A stretch of DNA of 64,000 nucleotides from an uncultured Methanosarcinales archaeon (GCA_964447855.1 CAYUUH010000001.1:369-64368), one strand, 5' to 3'; positions 1-8,081 are shown, numbered from the stretch's first letter. Made by a program: numbers and translations. The notes: a model not told the origin generated them from the letters alone.

Positions 1-266
1 AAGTGAGTTAAAGTATTCTTCTATGACATTAGCGAGGTCGTCAATGGGTGCTTGTAGTTCAGTACTTGTAACGCCAAAGTTTATATGTATTTCACTAGCG
101 AGATTACGTGCGTGTACGTGAGCATCACCAAAGAACGACTGATAACCCCGCTCAAAGTCCTTCTCCCCGTAAAGGTCAATACCATCTTCTATTAGTTCCA
201 TTAGGTCTGTATGGAAGCCTTCTCTTAGCCTTTTGGCGGTTTCTTTCTTAATGTGTTTTGATTTCA
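1..266 (-). CDS. hypothetical protein, N-terminal part only (gene continues beyond the window's left edge)
   Basis: Minus-strand open frame starting at ATG 266-264 and running to the window edge (own translation MKSKHIKKETAKRLREGFHTDLMELIEDG...). Absent from the ORF track because it is truncated. Confidence 0.45.
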
Positions 267-288
267 TAGCTTATAAAATTTATACCGA

Positions 289-296
289 CAAATGTA
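289..296 (-). promoter_or_regulatory. Bacteroides-type -7 box (TACATTTG) on the minus strand, about 20 nt upstream of the ATG at 266
   Basis: Reverse complement of caaatgta. A TTTG (caaa on + at 311-314) lies upstream. Confidence 0.35.
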
Positions 297-437
297 AAAT
301 GAATTTTTGACAAAAGCAAATAAAAAGAGAAATATTTACTAAAAGGGCATAGTTAGGGCTAATGTTTTGTCTTTTGGTTTCCTACTTTTGAAGTCTTTTA
401 ACCTTCCGTGAAAACCGTAGTAGAAGCCTCAAATCGT

Positions 438-545
438 TTCTCTCAGCTCTGGGTGGTGGATACAGCCCCCCTTACCCCCCAACCATAATTTTAATTGGGA
501 AGGCTCCACCACCCGTCGCCTCGCTTCACTTCATCTCGTCATCTA
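438..545 (-). repeat. Copy A of a diverged about 110-bp structured element (10-bp stem GGGTGGTGGA/TCCACCACCC at 451-514 enclosing a C6-rich loop). Copy B is at 49888-50003.
   Basis: Aligned by eye to 49888-50003. Shared CT-rich 5' flank, CCCCCC..CCCCCC loop and CGTCGC-TCG..CGCTTCA..TTCAT 3' flank. Stem sequences differ but stay perfectly complementary. Confidence 0.55.
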
Positions 546-846
546 TGTATTACTGCCATACATCAGCACCGAACGACCCTTGGGGCTCGATTACTAATGC
601 TTTTGATACCGTAGTAATTATGGTATTACGCTTATGGGGTGGTCTGGCGTACTCACTACCACCAAATAAAAAACCCATTAAGATGTATTTGGCATCAGAA
701 TGGGTGTATGGGGTAGGAGGGAATAGTTTATGTCTTGCATTTGATGTAAGAACGAAGCCGTAAGGCTCATGTCCCTCCCGTGAAAATCTACTGCAAATCT
801 AATCAATAAAATCATCAAATACAAATTTATTTAACATAAACTTCTG

Positions 847-854
847 CAAAGATA
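847..854 (-). promoter_or_regulatory. Minus-strand TTATCTTTG-type -7 box (distal leftward promoter)
   Basis: + strand caaagata at 847-854 is the reverse complement of tatctttg. caaa at 873-876 is a possible -33 element. Confidence 0.35.
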
Positions 855-903
855 AACAATATTTTTAATATGCAAAATATTATTAGTTTTATTTTAAAAA
901 ACT

Positions 904-933
904 TGCAAAAGTCAAAACTATTTACTATCTTTG
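904..933 (+). promoter_or_regulatory. Bacteroides-type promoter (TTG around -33 at 904-906; -7 box TATCTTTG at 926-933)
   Basis: acTTGcaaaagtcaaaactatttacTATCTTTGc. Predicted transcription start around 940-944. Confidence 0.5.
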
Positions 934-941
934 CAAAAGTG

Positions 942-1040
942 AGTTCATAATTTAATGGTTTTGCCCCGCCCGACAGTGGTTTTCATAGTTAGATTTAGGG
1001 TTTGAGTTTGATTTCATTACAATACGGGCGGGGTTTTTTT
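942..1040 (+). ncRNA. Candidate small structured RNA: promoter-proximal transcript closed by a 9-bp GC stem (963-972 / 1025-1033) and a U7 tract (1034-1040)
   Basis: Promoter immediately upstream. GCCCCGCCCG ... CGGGCGGGG TTTTTTT. No plausible ORF. Sits 100 nt upstream of a tRNA. Confidence 0.3.
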
Positions 1041-1145
1041 AACGGTTGAGTGTCGCAACTTCGGGGTCTAGGACGACATAGGGATCGCCTAACGGCAATG
1101 GTCTCGCCAAAGATGACCCTGCGGAAAGTTCTTTGTAACGATAAT

Positions 1146-1216
1146 AGTGAGGTGGAGAAGCGGTATCTCAAAAGGCTCATAACCTTTGGTCGGCAGTTCG
1201 ATTCTGCCCCTCGCCA
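1146..1216 (+). tRNA. tRNA-Met (anticodon CAT; elongator Met or Ile2 type)
   Basis: Hand-folded cloverleaf. Acceptor 1146-1152 pairs with 1209-1215. U8, D stem GAGA/TCTC with G18G19. Anticodon stem AAAGG/CCTTT with loop CUCAUAA. 4-nt variable loop. T stem GGCAG/CTGCC with loop TTCGATT. Discriminator A1216. CCA is not encoded. Position 1:72 is an A:C mismatch. Confidence 0.8.
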
Positions 1217-1312
1217 CAAAGGTAGCGGAATCCTTGACACCGCACTAGCGGGTTTGGACTGGGGTATCCCCGATCGCCCGCTAAAGTGAAAATTCTGTAA
1301 TACTCTATATAA

Positions 1313-1573
1313 ATGTATCTCGAACTGCAAGTTTACTGGGCAGAGGACGAATGGGAAAAGAAAGAAGACCTCGGAATGGATATCAAAACTGACCTAGGTA
1401 CTATCTTTATCAACACAGCTCATATAGTTGCTCACCACGAGAATGACGAAGGCGAAACCATGATCAGATTGGTGAACGGTGAATGTTTTAGAAGTCCAAT
1501 AGTACATAAGGACTTTAAAGACTTGCTTAATGAGCTTATCGCCACGATAGAGTTAAAACTTACAGATAATTAG
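1313..1573 (+). CDS. hypothetical small acidic protein
   Basis: 86-aa ORF downstream of the tRNA with no overlap with it. Followed by a bidirectional terminator. Confidence 0.4.
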   Translation: MYLELQVYWAEDEWEKKEDLGMDIKTDLGTIFINTAHIVAHHENDEGETMIRLVNGECFRSPIVHKDFKDLLNELIATIELKLTDN

Positions 1574-1793
1574 TTCTTTCATGTCGTTGTAGTGCTTTCC
1601 GCCCAAAGGTGGACAGAGAAACATCGGGGGTTGTCCGTGGTTTTACATTTTACACGGAGTTAGGTTCCTCCTCATTCATTACTCTGGGTTTCTGTTGATG
1701 TATAGTGGCTTCTTAGTCCCGTGGAAACCAAACATGCGAATTGCCTTGTAATACTCGGTACTTAAGAGACGCATGAGTGCGAAGACGAGCAAC

Positions 1794-1832
1794 AAAAAAG
1801 GGCAGTTCCATTCGGGCTGCCCTTAGTTTTTT
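1794..1832. terminator. Bidirectional intrinsic terminator (AAGGGCAG/CTGCCCTT stem flanked by an A-run and a T-run)
   Basis: aaaaaagggcagttccattcgggctgcccttagtttttt, between the convergent genes 1313-1573(+) and 1845-2867(-). Confidence 0.55.
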
Positions 1833-1844
1833 ATGCTGTGCTGA

Positions 1845-2867
1845 TTATAGTTCGTTCTGCCAGGTTCTAAGTAAGTCTCTTGCGGTAAGTAAGTCCTCGC
1901 ACCAAAAGCTACGACCATCGGGGTGGTATACAAAAGCACCCGATCCATTACCTACTGAATTAGCATAACCACACTCCCGCCCAAAGTTATCCCTAATCTT
2001 ATAAGTACTTAACAGCACAGCAAACCTTTTCTTTCCTTCTCTGATAAACGGACGGCAGAGAGTTGCTATGTGGGTATGTCCTGCACAGCCTACGTCAAAG
2101 TTAAGTCCTACTCTTTCCCATCCTACTTCTATTCCGTGCGTGGGGTTAAGAATACTTGAGTATTTCCATTTGTGTCTTACAAGCCATTTCTGCTCGTTAT
2201 CACCCCACTTAAGTGTAAAAAATATTTGAGCAGAGTCGTATAAGCAATGAGTTCCCTTAAGCCCTTCACGGATGAAGTCTATACCTGAAGCCTTGCTAGT
2301 CCAATTATTGTGGTTGCCCGACACCCAAAAGAGTATATTACCAGAGAGTTTCTTAAACAGCCACTCTAAGAATCTCGTTTCCATATCAAAGGTAGTCGGC
2401 TGTGCCTTTTGAATCCACTGTAACTTAGCATTAATAAAGTTATCAGTGTCATCGCCAAGGTTGCCTACATACATACCATCTGTTTCCGTTATGATGTTAA
2501 TATCTCTCTCTATGGCTTCATAGTCAGACTTACCCCCTCCATGGATATCTGAAAGGATAGCTAAGGCAAAGGGTCTATTAGGCATGGTAATAATCTGAGT
2601 TGCCTCATCTATGTTCTTTTGCTTGGCTCTTTCCCCTATCTTCTTTAGGTAGGGCATAATATCGCCTTCAAAGTTTACTCTTTCCTCGGCGGTTATCCCT
2701 TCTATCTTGGGTGCTTCTATCTTTTCCACCCACGAGTATTTACAATCCTTGCATGCGTATTGTTGGACTCGGTAGTTGTCTCTCGGCTTAGTACCGTCTT
2801 TTTTTACGTTAGTGCTTTGACATTTTTTACAAGCTGGCATCCTTATTTGTTTTGGTTTTACTTTCAA
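1845..2867 (-). CDS. Calcineurin-like metallophosphoesterase (Ser/Thr phosphatase family) with an N-terminal CxxC..CxxC zinc ribbon
   Basis: Motifs DIHGG, GNLGDDTDN, GNHN and GHTH in the canonical order. N-terminal CKKC...CKDC. Confidence 0.7.
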   Translation of the reverse strand: MKVKPKQIRMPACKKCQSTNVKKDGTKPRDNYRVQQYACKDCKYSWVEKIEAPKIEGITAEERVNFEGDIMPYLKKIGERAKQKNIDEATQIITMPNRPFALAILSDIHGGGKSDYEAIERDINIITETDGMYVGNLGDDTDNFINAKLQWIQKAQPTTFDMETRFLEWLFKKLSGNILFWVSGNHNNWTSKASGIDFIREGLKGTHCLYDSAQIFFTLKWGDNEQKWLVRHKWKYSSILNPTHGIEVGWERVGLNFDVGCAGHTHIATLCRPFIREGKKRFAVLLSTYKIRDNFGRECGYANSVGNGSGAFVYHPDGRSFWCEDLLTARDLLRTWQNEL

Positions 2868-3165
2868 CTAATCCACCATGAATCTCATCTTCTACCTTAT
2901 CTTTAAGATTATCGAAGAGTTCTTTAATTACAGCCTCTCGGCGGTCTCTGAATTTCTTGGCTTCGTCTTGCTTGACAAAGTAGCCGTCTTCACGTCCCTT
3001 ACGGTAGACATCGCAGAGAGTGTTAAAAATGATTCGCTGCGTAGGGTTAGTACTTACTATTCTATCTGCTACCATATTAAGGTATTCAGTAGGCATAGTA
3101 TATTTCCTCTTCTTTACAGGGGGCTCAATAGGAGGCTTAACTGTTTTCTTCTTGTTCTTGCTCAT
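2827..3165 (-). CDS. hypothetical Lys-rich protein
   Basis: 112-aa ORF in the leftward operon. Confidence 0.4.
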   Translation of the reverse strand: MSKNKKKTVKPPIEPPVKKRKYTMPTEYLNMVADRIVSTNPTQRIIFNTLCDVYRKGREDGYFVKQDEAKKFRDRREAVIKELFDNLKDKVEDEIHGGLVESKTKTNKDASL

Positions 3166-3418
3166 GATCGTTTTTTCTTAATTCTTTAAATATATCAATT
3201 TGCGCCATTTTTTTAAATGCGTTTTTTCTATCTTTGGGTGTCATTGTCATAAAAAATGATTGTGCTAAGAACTCATCTACCAACGAGGTATATCCAGTTT
3301 TAGAAGTACGTATAGCAGATTCCTTTGAAGCGTCTATTATAGACTGTCTGTATTTAGGGTCGTTATCAATTCTGTTTTGAATGGATAAATACTCCTTGTG
3401 GTCTTTAAATATTTTCAT
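3137..3418 (-). CDS. hypothetical protein
   Basis: 93-aa ORF overlapping its neighbours' ends. Confidence 0.4.
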   Translation of the reverse strand: MKIFKDHKEYLSIQNRIDNDPKYRQSIIDASKESAIRTSKTGYTSLVDEFLAQSFFMTMTPKDRKNAFKKMAQIDIFKELRKNDHEQEQEENS

Positions 3419-3656
3419 TATTTATTATGTTAATTTGATTATTTATAAAATCAGCCAGTTTAGAGGCGTTTTCAGCACTTAATATGACTTCGTTATAGGT
3501 TATATGCCCGCTAAAGAGAAACTTAATCCTACGCCATAAAGAATACCTTATAGGGGCATAGTAATAAACAACAAAGATAAACTCATCTTCATCGTCCCAA
3601 CGAGAGACACTTAATATTTCATTATTGCACTCGCAGGGGAGCTTTATATCTGTCAT
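3405..3656 (-). CDS. hypothetical protein
   Basis: 83-aa ORF, first gene of the leftward operon next to an AT-rich divergent region. Confidence 0.4.
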   Translation of the reverse strand: MTDIKLPCECNNEILSVSRWDDEDEFIFVVYYYAPIRYSLWRRIKFLFSGHITYNEVILSAENASKLADFINNQINIINNENI

Positions 3657-3854
3657 GTTTTTGATTTTGAGTGTAAAAGTAGAATTAATAATTGAGATTT
3701 CAAAACAAATACTAGAATATTTTCTCTTAAAAGTCTCTTTTAATGGAATAAATTATACAAATAGATACAAAAATGATGTTTTAGTGGAAAATATATGCAG
3801 AAAGATGTAAAAATATTTGGAGTTGTCAGATATAAATAATAATTTTGGCGTTAA

Positions 3855-4061
3855 ATGCAACAAAAAAGAACATCACTCGTAGAAAGCATAACAAACACAC
3901 TACTTGGCTTGGTAGTTAATTTTTTACTTAGTTTAGCGATATATCCTATTTTAGGAATCCCCGTAAGGCTACACCAGAACCTAATAATAGTAGTTATCTT
4001 TACGGGCACTTCAATTTTAAGAAACTACATAGTAAGAAGATATTTTAATGGAAATGATTAA
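3855..4061 (+). CDS. small membrane protein (2 predicted transmembrane segments)
   Basis: 68-aa hydrophobic ORF. Its stop overlaps the next start in an ATGA arrangement. Confidence 0.4.
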   Translation: MQQKRTSLVESITNTLLGLVVNFLLSLAIYPILGIPVRLHQNLIIVVIFTGTSILRNYIVRRYFNGND

Positions 4062-4824
4062 CGTAATATCGCTTGGCGCGGGGAAGCAGAGTAGTTATAT
4101 GCTACTTAACGCACTTGAAGGTAAATATAAATACAAACCCGACTTTGCCATATTTTCAGATACGGGATGTGAACCACAGTATGTGTATGACTATTTAGCT
4201 TGGTTGAGACCTTACGTATGGGATAAGTACAACTTTTACATAGAGATTGTATCAGCAGGTAATCTCATGACCGATGTGGTTGATTATGTAGATGGTAAAA
4301 AGAAGAGGGTTGCCATGCTACCACTTAAACTTGAAGATGGCGGTCTTGTAATGAGGCAATGTACGATGGATTATAAGATAGCACCACTAAGAAAACACCT
4401 GCAATCAATAAGAAACAAGCAGAGAGTACGGCTATGGATTGGCATATCCCTTGATGAAGCAGAGAGAATGAAGGATAGCCCCGTAAAGTATATAGAGCAT
4501 TGGTATCCATTGGTTGAAACACAAACACGAATAGACTCTATTGTAAATTGGTTTAAAGTTAATAATCTACGAGAACCAGGAAAGAGTGCTTGTCTTATAT
4601 GCCCATTTCACCATGATAATTATTGGAAAATATTTAAGAAGCAGTTTCCGTTGGAATTTGAAGAGGCGTGTAAGTTTGATGATAAAATAAGAAACTACCC
4701 AAATCTAAGAGCAAATACCTATTTGAGTTCGCAAAGAGTCCCACTAAGGGATATAGACTTTACACAAGAGGCAAGCCTATTCCCCGATCTCATTGAGGAA
4801 TGTCACGGTCTTTGTGGTTTATAG
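4048..4824 (+). CDS. PAPS reductase / PP-loop ATP pyrophosphatase family protein
   Basis: N-terminal VISLGAGKQSS matches the SGGxDS-like PP-loop of the PAPS_reduct family. C-terminal Cys pair CLICPFHH. Confidence 0.6.
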   Translation: MEMINVISLGAGKQSSYMLLNALEGKYKYKPDFAIFSDTGCEPQYVYDYLAWLRPYVWDKYNFYIEIVSAGNLMTDVVDYVDGKKKRVAMLPLKLEDGGLVMRQCTMDYKIAPLRKHLQSIRNKQRVRLWIGISLDEAERMKDSPVKYIEHWYPLVETQTRIDSIVNWFKVNNLREPGKSACLICPFHHDNYWKIFKKQFPLEFEEACKFDDKIRNYPNLRANTYLSSQRVPLRDIDFTQEASLFPDLIEECHGLCGL

Positions 4825-4866
4825 AAAATAATTATCAAAATATTTGCTTTTGTCGTTTTGTTGTTT

Positions 4867-4874
4867 TATCTTTG
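4867..4874 (+). promoter_or_regulatory. -7 box TATCTTTG
   Basis: ttttatctttgcgtaaaataaaaatATG. ATG at 4889. Confidence 0.45.
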
Positions 4875-4888
4875 CGTAAAATAAAAAT

Positions 4889-5083
4889 ATGGGACATTAT
4901 TCTGAGTGTTACGAGGAAGATACAAGAAAAGCGGCAGAATATAGAAATGAAGTCGCCACAAGAGCATTAAAGGAACTCACTAAAGACCTATCATTAGTTG
5001 ATAAGGAATTTTTAGTTAAAATAGTTGGCAACCTTGACCGCTTCAAGTCTATGTTTGGATTAATTAAATATTTTTGTGAATGA
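4889..5083 (+). CDS. hypothetical protein
   Basis: 64-aa ORF with a promoter box 15 nt upstream. Confidence 0.4.
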   Translation: MGHYSECYEEDTRKAAEYRNEVATRALKELTKDLSLVDKEFLVKIVGNLDRFKSMFGLIKYFCE

Positions 5084-5445
5084 AACAAAAAGATATTGAC
5101 AGAGAGTACCGCAAGTTCGCCCAAGAATGGCTCCCAAAGGTTATCGAAAGAGGGGTCTGCTTTCTAGAGAACATAAGGAACAAGAAAAAGGTCAAGGAAG
5201 AGGATTGGGATGTCATAAAGGCATATCACAGGCTTTACTACCTTGGTTACTGTGAGGAGTTCATTGTACCGTGGCAACCCCCGCAAAAGCAATCTAAACA
5301 AACTACAATATTTGACGCTATGACAGAAGAAGAAACAGACAGGATGGCAGTTGAAAAGGCTGAAAACGGAATTGGCGAGGATTTTGCAATAGAGTTACTC
5401 GAACCAATAATAGTAATACAAAATGACACTGATAAGGAAGTATAG
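5080..5445 (+). CDS. hypothetical protein
   Basis: 121-aa ORF, ATGA-coupled to the upstream ORF. Confidence 0.45.
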   Translation: MKQKDIDREYRKFAQEWLPKVIERGVCFLENIRNKKKVKEEDWDVIKAYHRLYYLGYCEEFIVPWQPPQKQSKQTTIFDAMTEEETDRMAVEKAENGIGEDFAIELLEPIIVIQNDTDKEV

Positions 5446-5731
5446 ATTCGGAGACTTGATGAACAGCGTGATGGACGATATGGGTATGCCCGACTTTTGG
5501 AACCCCGTAGGGAGTTCTACCTATAACGGGAGGTGGGTTGATACAGACAAATATGATGTAGTGCCTAAAAAACAGTGGTATGTAGAGCAGGTCAAGAGGA
5601 TTGAAGAGGAGTTGTTCACGCTAGAGCGCAGGAGAGATGCCACGCTAGAGTACTACGAAAATCAAAAGAAGAGCCTTCTAGAGAAGAAGGAGAGGCTTGA
5701 ACGAGAAAAAGGAAAACAAGAGGGTGGCTAG
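5423..5731 (+). CDS. hypothetical coiled-coil protein
   Basis: 102-aa ORF with a charged C-terminus. Terminator follows. Confidence 0.45.
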   Translation: MTLIRKYRFGDLMNSVMDDMGMPDFWNPVGSSTYNGRWVDTDKYDVVPKKQWYVEQVKRIEEELFTLERRRDATLEYYENQKKSLLEKKERLEREKGKQEGG

Positions 5732-5754
5732 ATAGATTGCCGTTGCAGAAAGAG

Positions 5755-5782
5755 GGCAGAACTAAAAATTCTGCCTTTTTTA
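5755..5782 (+). terminator. intrinsic terminator (GGCAGAA/TTCTGCC stem followed by a T-run)
   Basis: agagggcagaactaaaaattctgccttttttatttg. Confidence 0.5.
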
Positions 5783-5818
5783 TTTGTTTTTGTCAAATCT
5801 TTGTTTTACATTTGCCCT

Positions 5819-6859
5819 ATGGAATTGTCAATTTGCATCCCCTTTAAAAACGACTACGAGTTAATAGACTCAGTAGTAAAGAACATCATAGACACCGCCG
5901 AGAGTTATGACTACGAAATAATAGTCTATAACGATGGTAGTACCCAACCGTCAGGGAAACCCGAACAGTTGACATTAGACTACAAGAACACAAGGGTTAT
6001 CAATGCCTCGCAGTCCTTTGGCGTCGGCGCTGCGTTTGATAGATGTGTTGAGCAGGCAAAAGGCGAATACTTGATTTTGATGGGTTGTGACGTCTACGCC
6101 CACAAAGGTTGGCACACGAAAGTCTTAGAAGCCGTCAAGAGCAATCCTACTACTATCGGATGTGCAGTATGCGTAGGAGATAAACCAAAGGCTAACGGTA
6201 GTTTTACAAAGTACTACGGAGCAGACCTACTTATTAAAATGTCAAATGATGACCTTCCGCTTCATTCTAAGCTACGGGAACGCAAAGGTGGATACACAGA
6301 CCTATTTAGAGGGAAGTGGGCTGAGAAGCGAGGAAATGACGTTCCTTATGAAATCTCGTGCTTAATGGGAGCCTATTATTTTTGCACTAAAGAATGGTAT
6401 AACTACATTGGAGGATGGGATACGATAGCAGGTAAGCGTTATAGGGGTATATCTAATTGGGGACACACCGAACCCTACATCAGCGTAAAGTCTTACTTAT
6501 GTGGAGGGAACTGTATTATATTCCCAAATATAGAAGTCACGCACATCTTCAGTAGAATGGATGAATATATCACGGTAGGGCGAAGGAGACCTCACTTACA
6601 AAGGAGAAGCCTAGGTAAGGGGGGGAGAAGTGAATTTGATATGTGGTGGAACGCATTACTCATGGTCGAAACGATGGTTCTAAGCGAGTCAAGAAGAAAT
6701 CAGCTATACGACTTTGTTAATCTTGAATTGAACTTTAACGCAGCTCGCAATATGATAAAGAGAAATTATGAGTATGTGGAGTCGTTAAGGGAGCAGAACC
6801 GGCAAAAGTTTAAATACGATATTACCCTATTTGCAGAAAAATTTGGATGTAGGTTATGA
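5819..6859 (+). CDS. family 2 glycosyltransferase (GT-A fold)
   Basis: N-terminal LSICIPFKND...YEIIVYNDGST matches the GT2 signature. ATG at 5819 is preferred over the track's TTG at 5801. Confidence 0.6.
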   Translation: MELSICIPFKNDYELIDSVVKNIIDTAESYDYEIIVYNDGSTQPSGKPEQLTLDYKNTRVINASQSFGVGAAFDRCVEQAKGEYLILMGCDVYAHKGWHTKVLEAVKSNPTTIGCAVCVGDKPKANGSFTKYYGADLLIKMSNDDLPLHSKLRERKGGYTDLFRGKWAEKRGNDVPYEISCLMGAYYFCTKEWYNYIGGWDTIAGKRYRGISNWGHTEPYISVKSYLCGGNCIIFPNIEVTHIFSRMDEYITVGRRRPHLQRRSLGKGGRSEFDMWWNALLMVETMVLSESRRNQLYDFVNLELNFNAARNMIKRNYEYVESLREQNRQKFKYDITLFAEKFGCRL

Positions 6860-6868
6860 AAATATAAC

Positions 6869-6876
6869 TATCTTTG
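6869..6876 (+). promoter_or_regulatory. -7 box TATCTTTG
   Basis: aactatctttgtgg upstream of the HNH gene. Confidence 0.4.
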
Positions 6877-6968
6877 TGGAGGAATAGTCGGGTCTGATCA
6901 TCCGATGAAAAGGATAAGTGTCGAGTCCTTTCCTCCTTTTTTTCGACACAATACAAAACGACACAAGC

Positions 6969-7484
6969 ATGAAAGAAATTAAGTTAACAAGGGGAATGGT
7001 TGCATTAGTAGATGACCGGGATTATGACTTCTTAATACAATGGAAGTGGCATGCCAATCCTAGTACTACGAATGGATGTTTTTATGCAAGAAGAACAATT
7101 AGGGTGGGAAAGGGGGTTAAGCGTATTTATATGCATAGGCTTATTATGCAGGCAGATAGTGGCATAAAAGTGGATCATATAGATAGGAATGGGCTAAATA
7201 ATCAAAGATCAAACTTAAGATTGTGTACACGCCAACAAAATACCTTTAATACAAATAACCGCAAAAGGAAGTCCCCTTATAAGGGAGTAAGCAAAAAGGA
7301 GGACTATGATAGAAAAAAACCATGGAGAGCGTGTTTTAAGGCAAACGGAAAGCAAATGCTTTTTGGACATTTTGAAACAGAAATAGAGGCTGCCATTTGT
7401 TATGATATAAATGTCTTAAAGTTTAGAGGAGAGTTTGCTGTTTTAAATTTCCCTGAGAGATATAAAAATGGAGTATATGAATAA
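6969..7484 (+). CDS. HNH homing endonuclease with a C-terminal AP2 DNA-binding domain
   Basis: VDHIDRNGLNNQRSNLRLCTRQQN is an HNH motif. YKGVS...WRA...GHFETEIEAAICYD...FRGEFAVLNFP is an AP2 domain. Paralogous to 52755-53225. Start moved to ATG 6969 (MKEIKLTRG), which aligns with the paralog's N-terminus. Confidence 0.8.
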   Translation: MKEIKLTRGMVALVDDRDYDFLIQWKWHANPSTTNGCFYARRTIRVGKGVKRIYMHRLIMQADSGIKVDHIDRNGLNNQRSNLRLCTRQQNTFNTNNRKRKSPYKGVSKKEDYDRKKPWRACFKANGKQMLFGHFETEIEAAICYDINVLKFRGEFAVLNFPERYKNGVYE

Positions 7485-7491
7485 TAATTAC

Positions 7492-7499
7492 TATCTTTG
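7492..7499 (+). promoter_or_regulatory. -7 box TATCTTTG
   Basis: ttactatctttgtacttt. Confidence 0.4.
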
Positions 7500-7568
7500 T
7501 ACTTTAAATCCCTATTAACTTAGGGTTGAAATATTAAATATTAACTTTTTAAAGAAAGGACAAAGATC

Positions 7569-8081
7569 ATGTTTTTGCTCTCAGAGATTACCAAATGGAC
7601 AGATTCTAGGGATTCGTCAAAACGCACCCATAAGCGTGATATATGGGACTCGGGCTATAGATTGTTTCTATTAAACCCCAATAGGTTTAACTACATCAAG
7701 GTTCACGGGACGGGCAGTTCCTTTAAGTTCTCAGATAACCACAGAGACAGAAGAGAGGGAACTTCGTTTTTAATCAGTAATAGTACTGTTGCTGAAATTA
7801 CCACCGCCCATGACCTTCCGTTTCACAGCAATTTCATCACACTAAACTTCTATCCGAAAAATAATCCACATAAAACTCCCGTGGCGGTTACGACAGCAGT
7901 TGAGGACATTGCTTACTTCGACGATTACAATGACCCCAATCACCCAAATTGCGTTTGGATGATTTATAACGTCAAGGGGTTCAAGCGGATAGAGCAGTTA
8001 GTAGAAGGCACGCTTGAGAACATCTACGACAGACTTCTGACGGGGACAACAACTAGTACGACCACAACCGAGCAGAGATAA
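7569..8081 (+). CDS. hypothetical protein
   Basis: 170-aa ORF. Confidence 0.45.
   Translation: MFLLSEITKWTDSRDSSKRTHKRDIWDSGYRLFLLNPNRFNYIKVHGTGSSFKFSDNHRDRREGTSFLISNSTVAEITTAHDLPFHSNFITLNFYPKNNPHKTPVAVTTAVEDIAYFDDYNDPNHPNCVWMIYNVKGFKRIEQLVEGTLENIYDRLLTGTTTSTTTTEQR

Noticed and set aside
1040-1216. The T-arm/acceptor-like 3' end as part of a tmRNA, or as a tRNA-like fragment only
   Set aside because: A complete canonical cloverleaf, with D arm and an anticodon arm carrying CAU, can be drawn for 1146-1216. No tag-peptide reading frame or pseudoknot region is evident upstream.
995-1330. Track ORFs 995-1330(-) and 1050-1289(+), and ORF 545-763(+)
   Set aside because: They overlap the tRNA and terminator hairpin, or lie in the non-coding leader region. 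Composition is atypical and they lack promoter or coupling context, so they are likely spurious.
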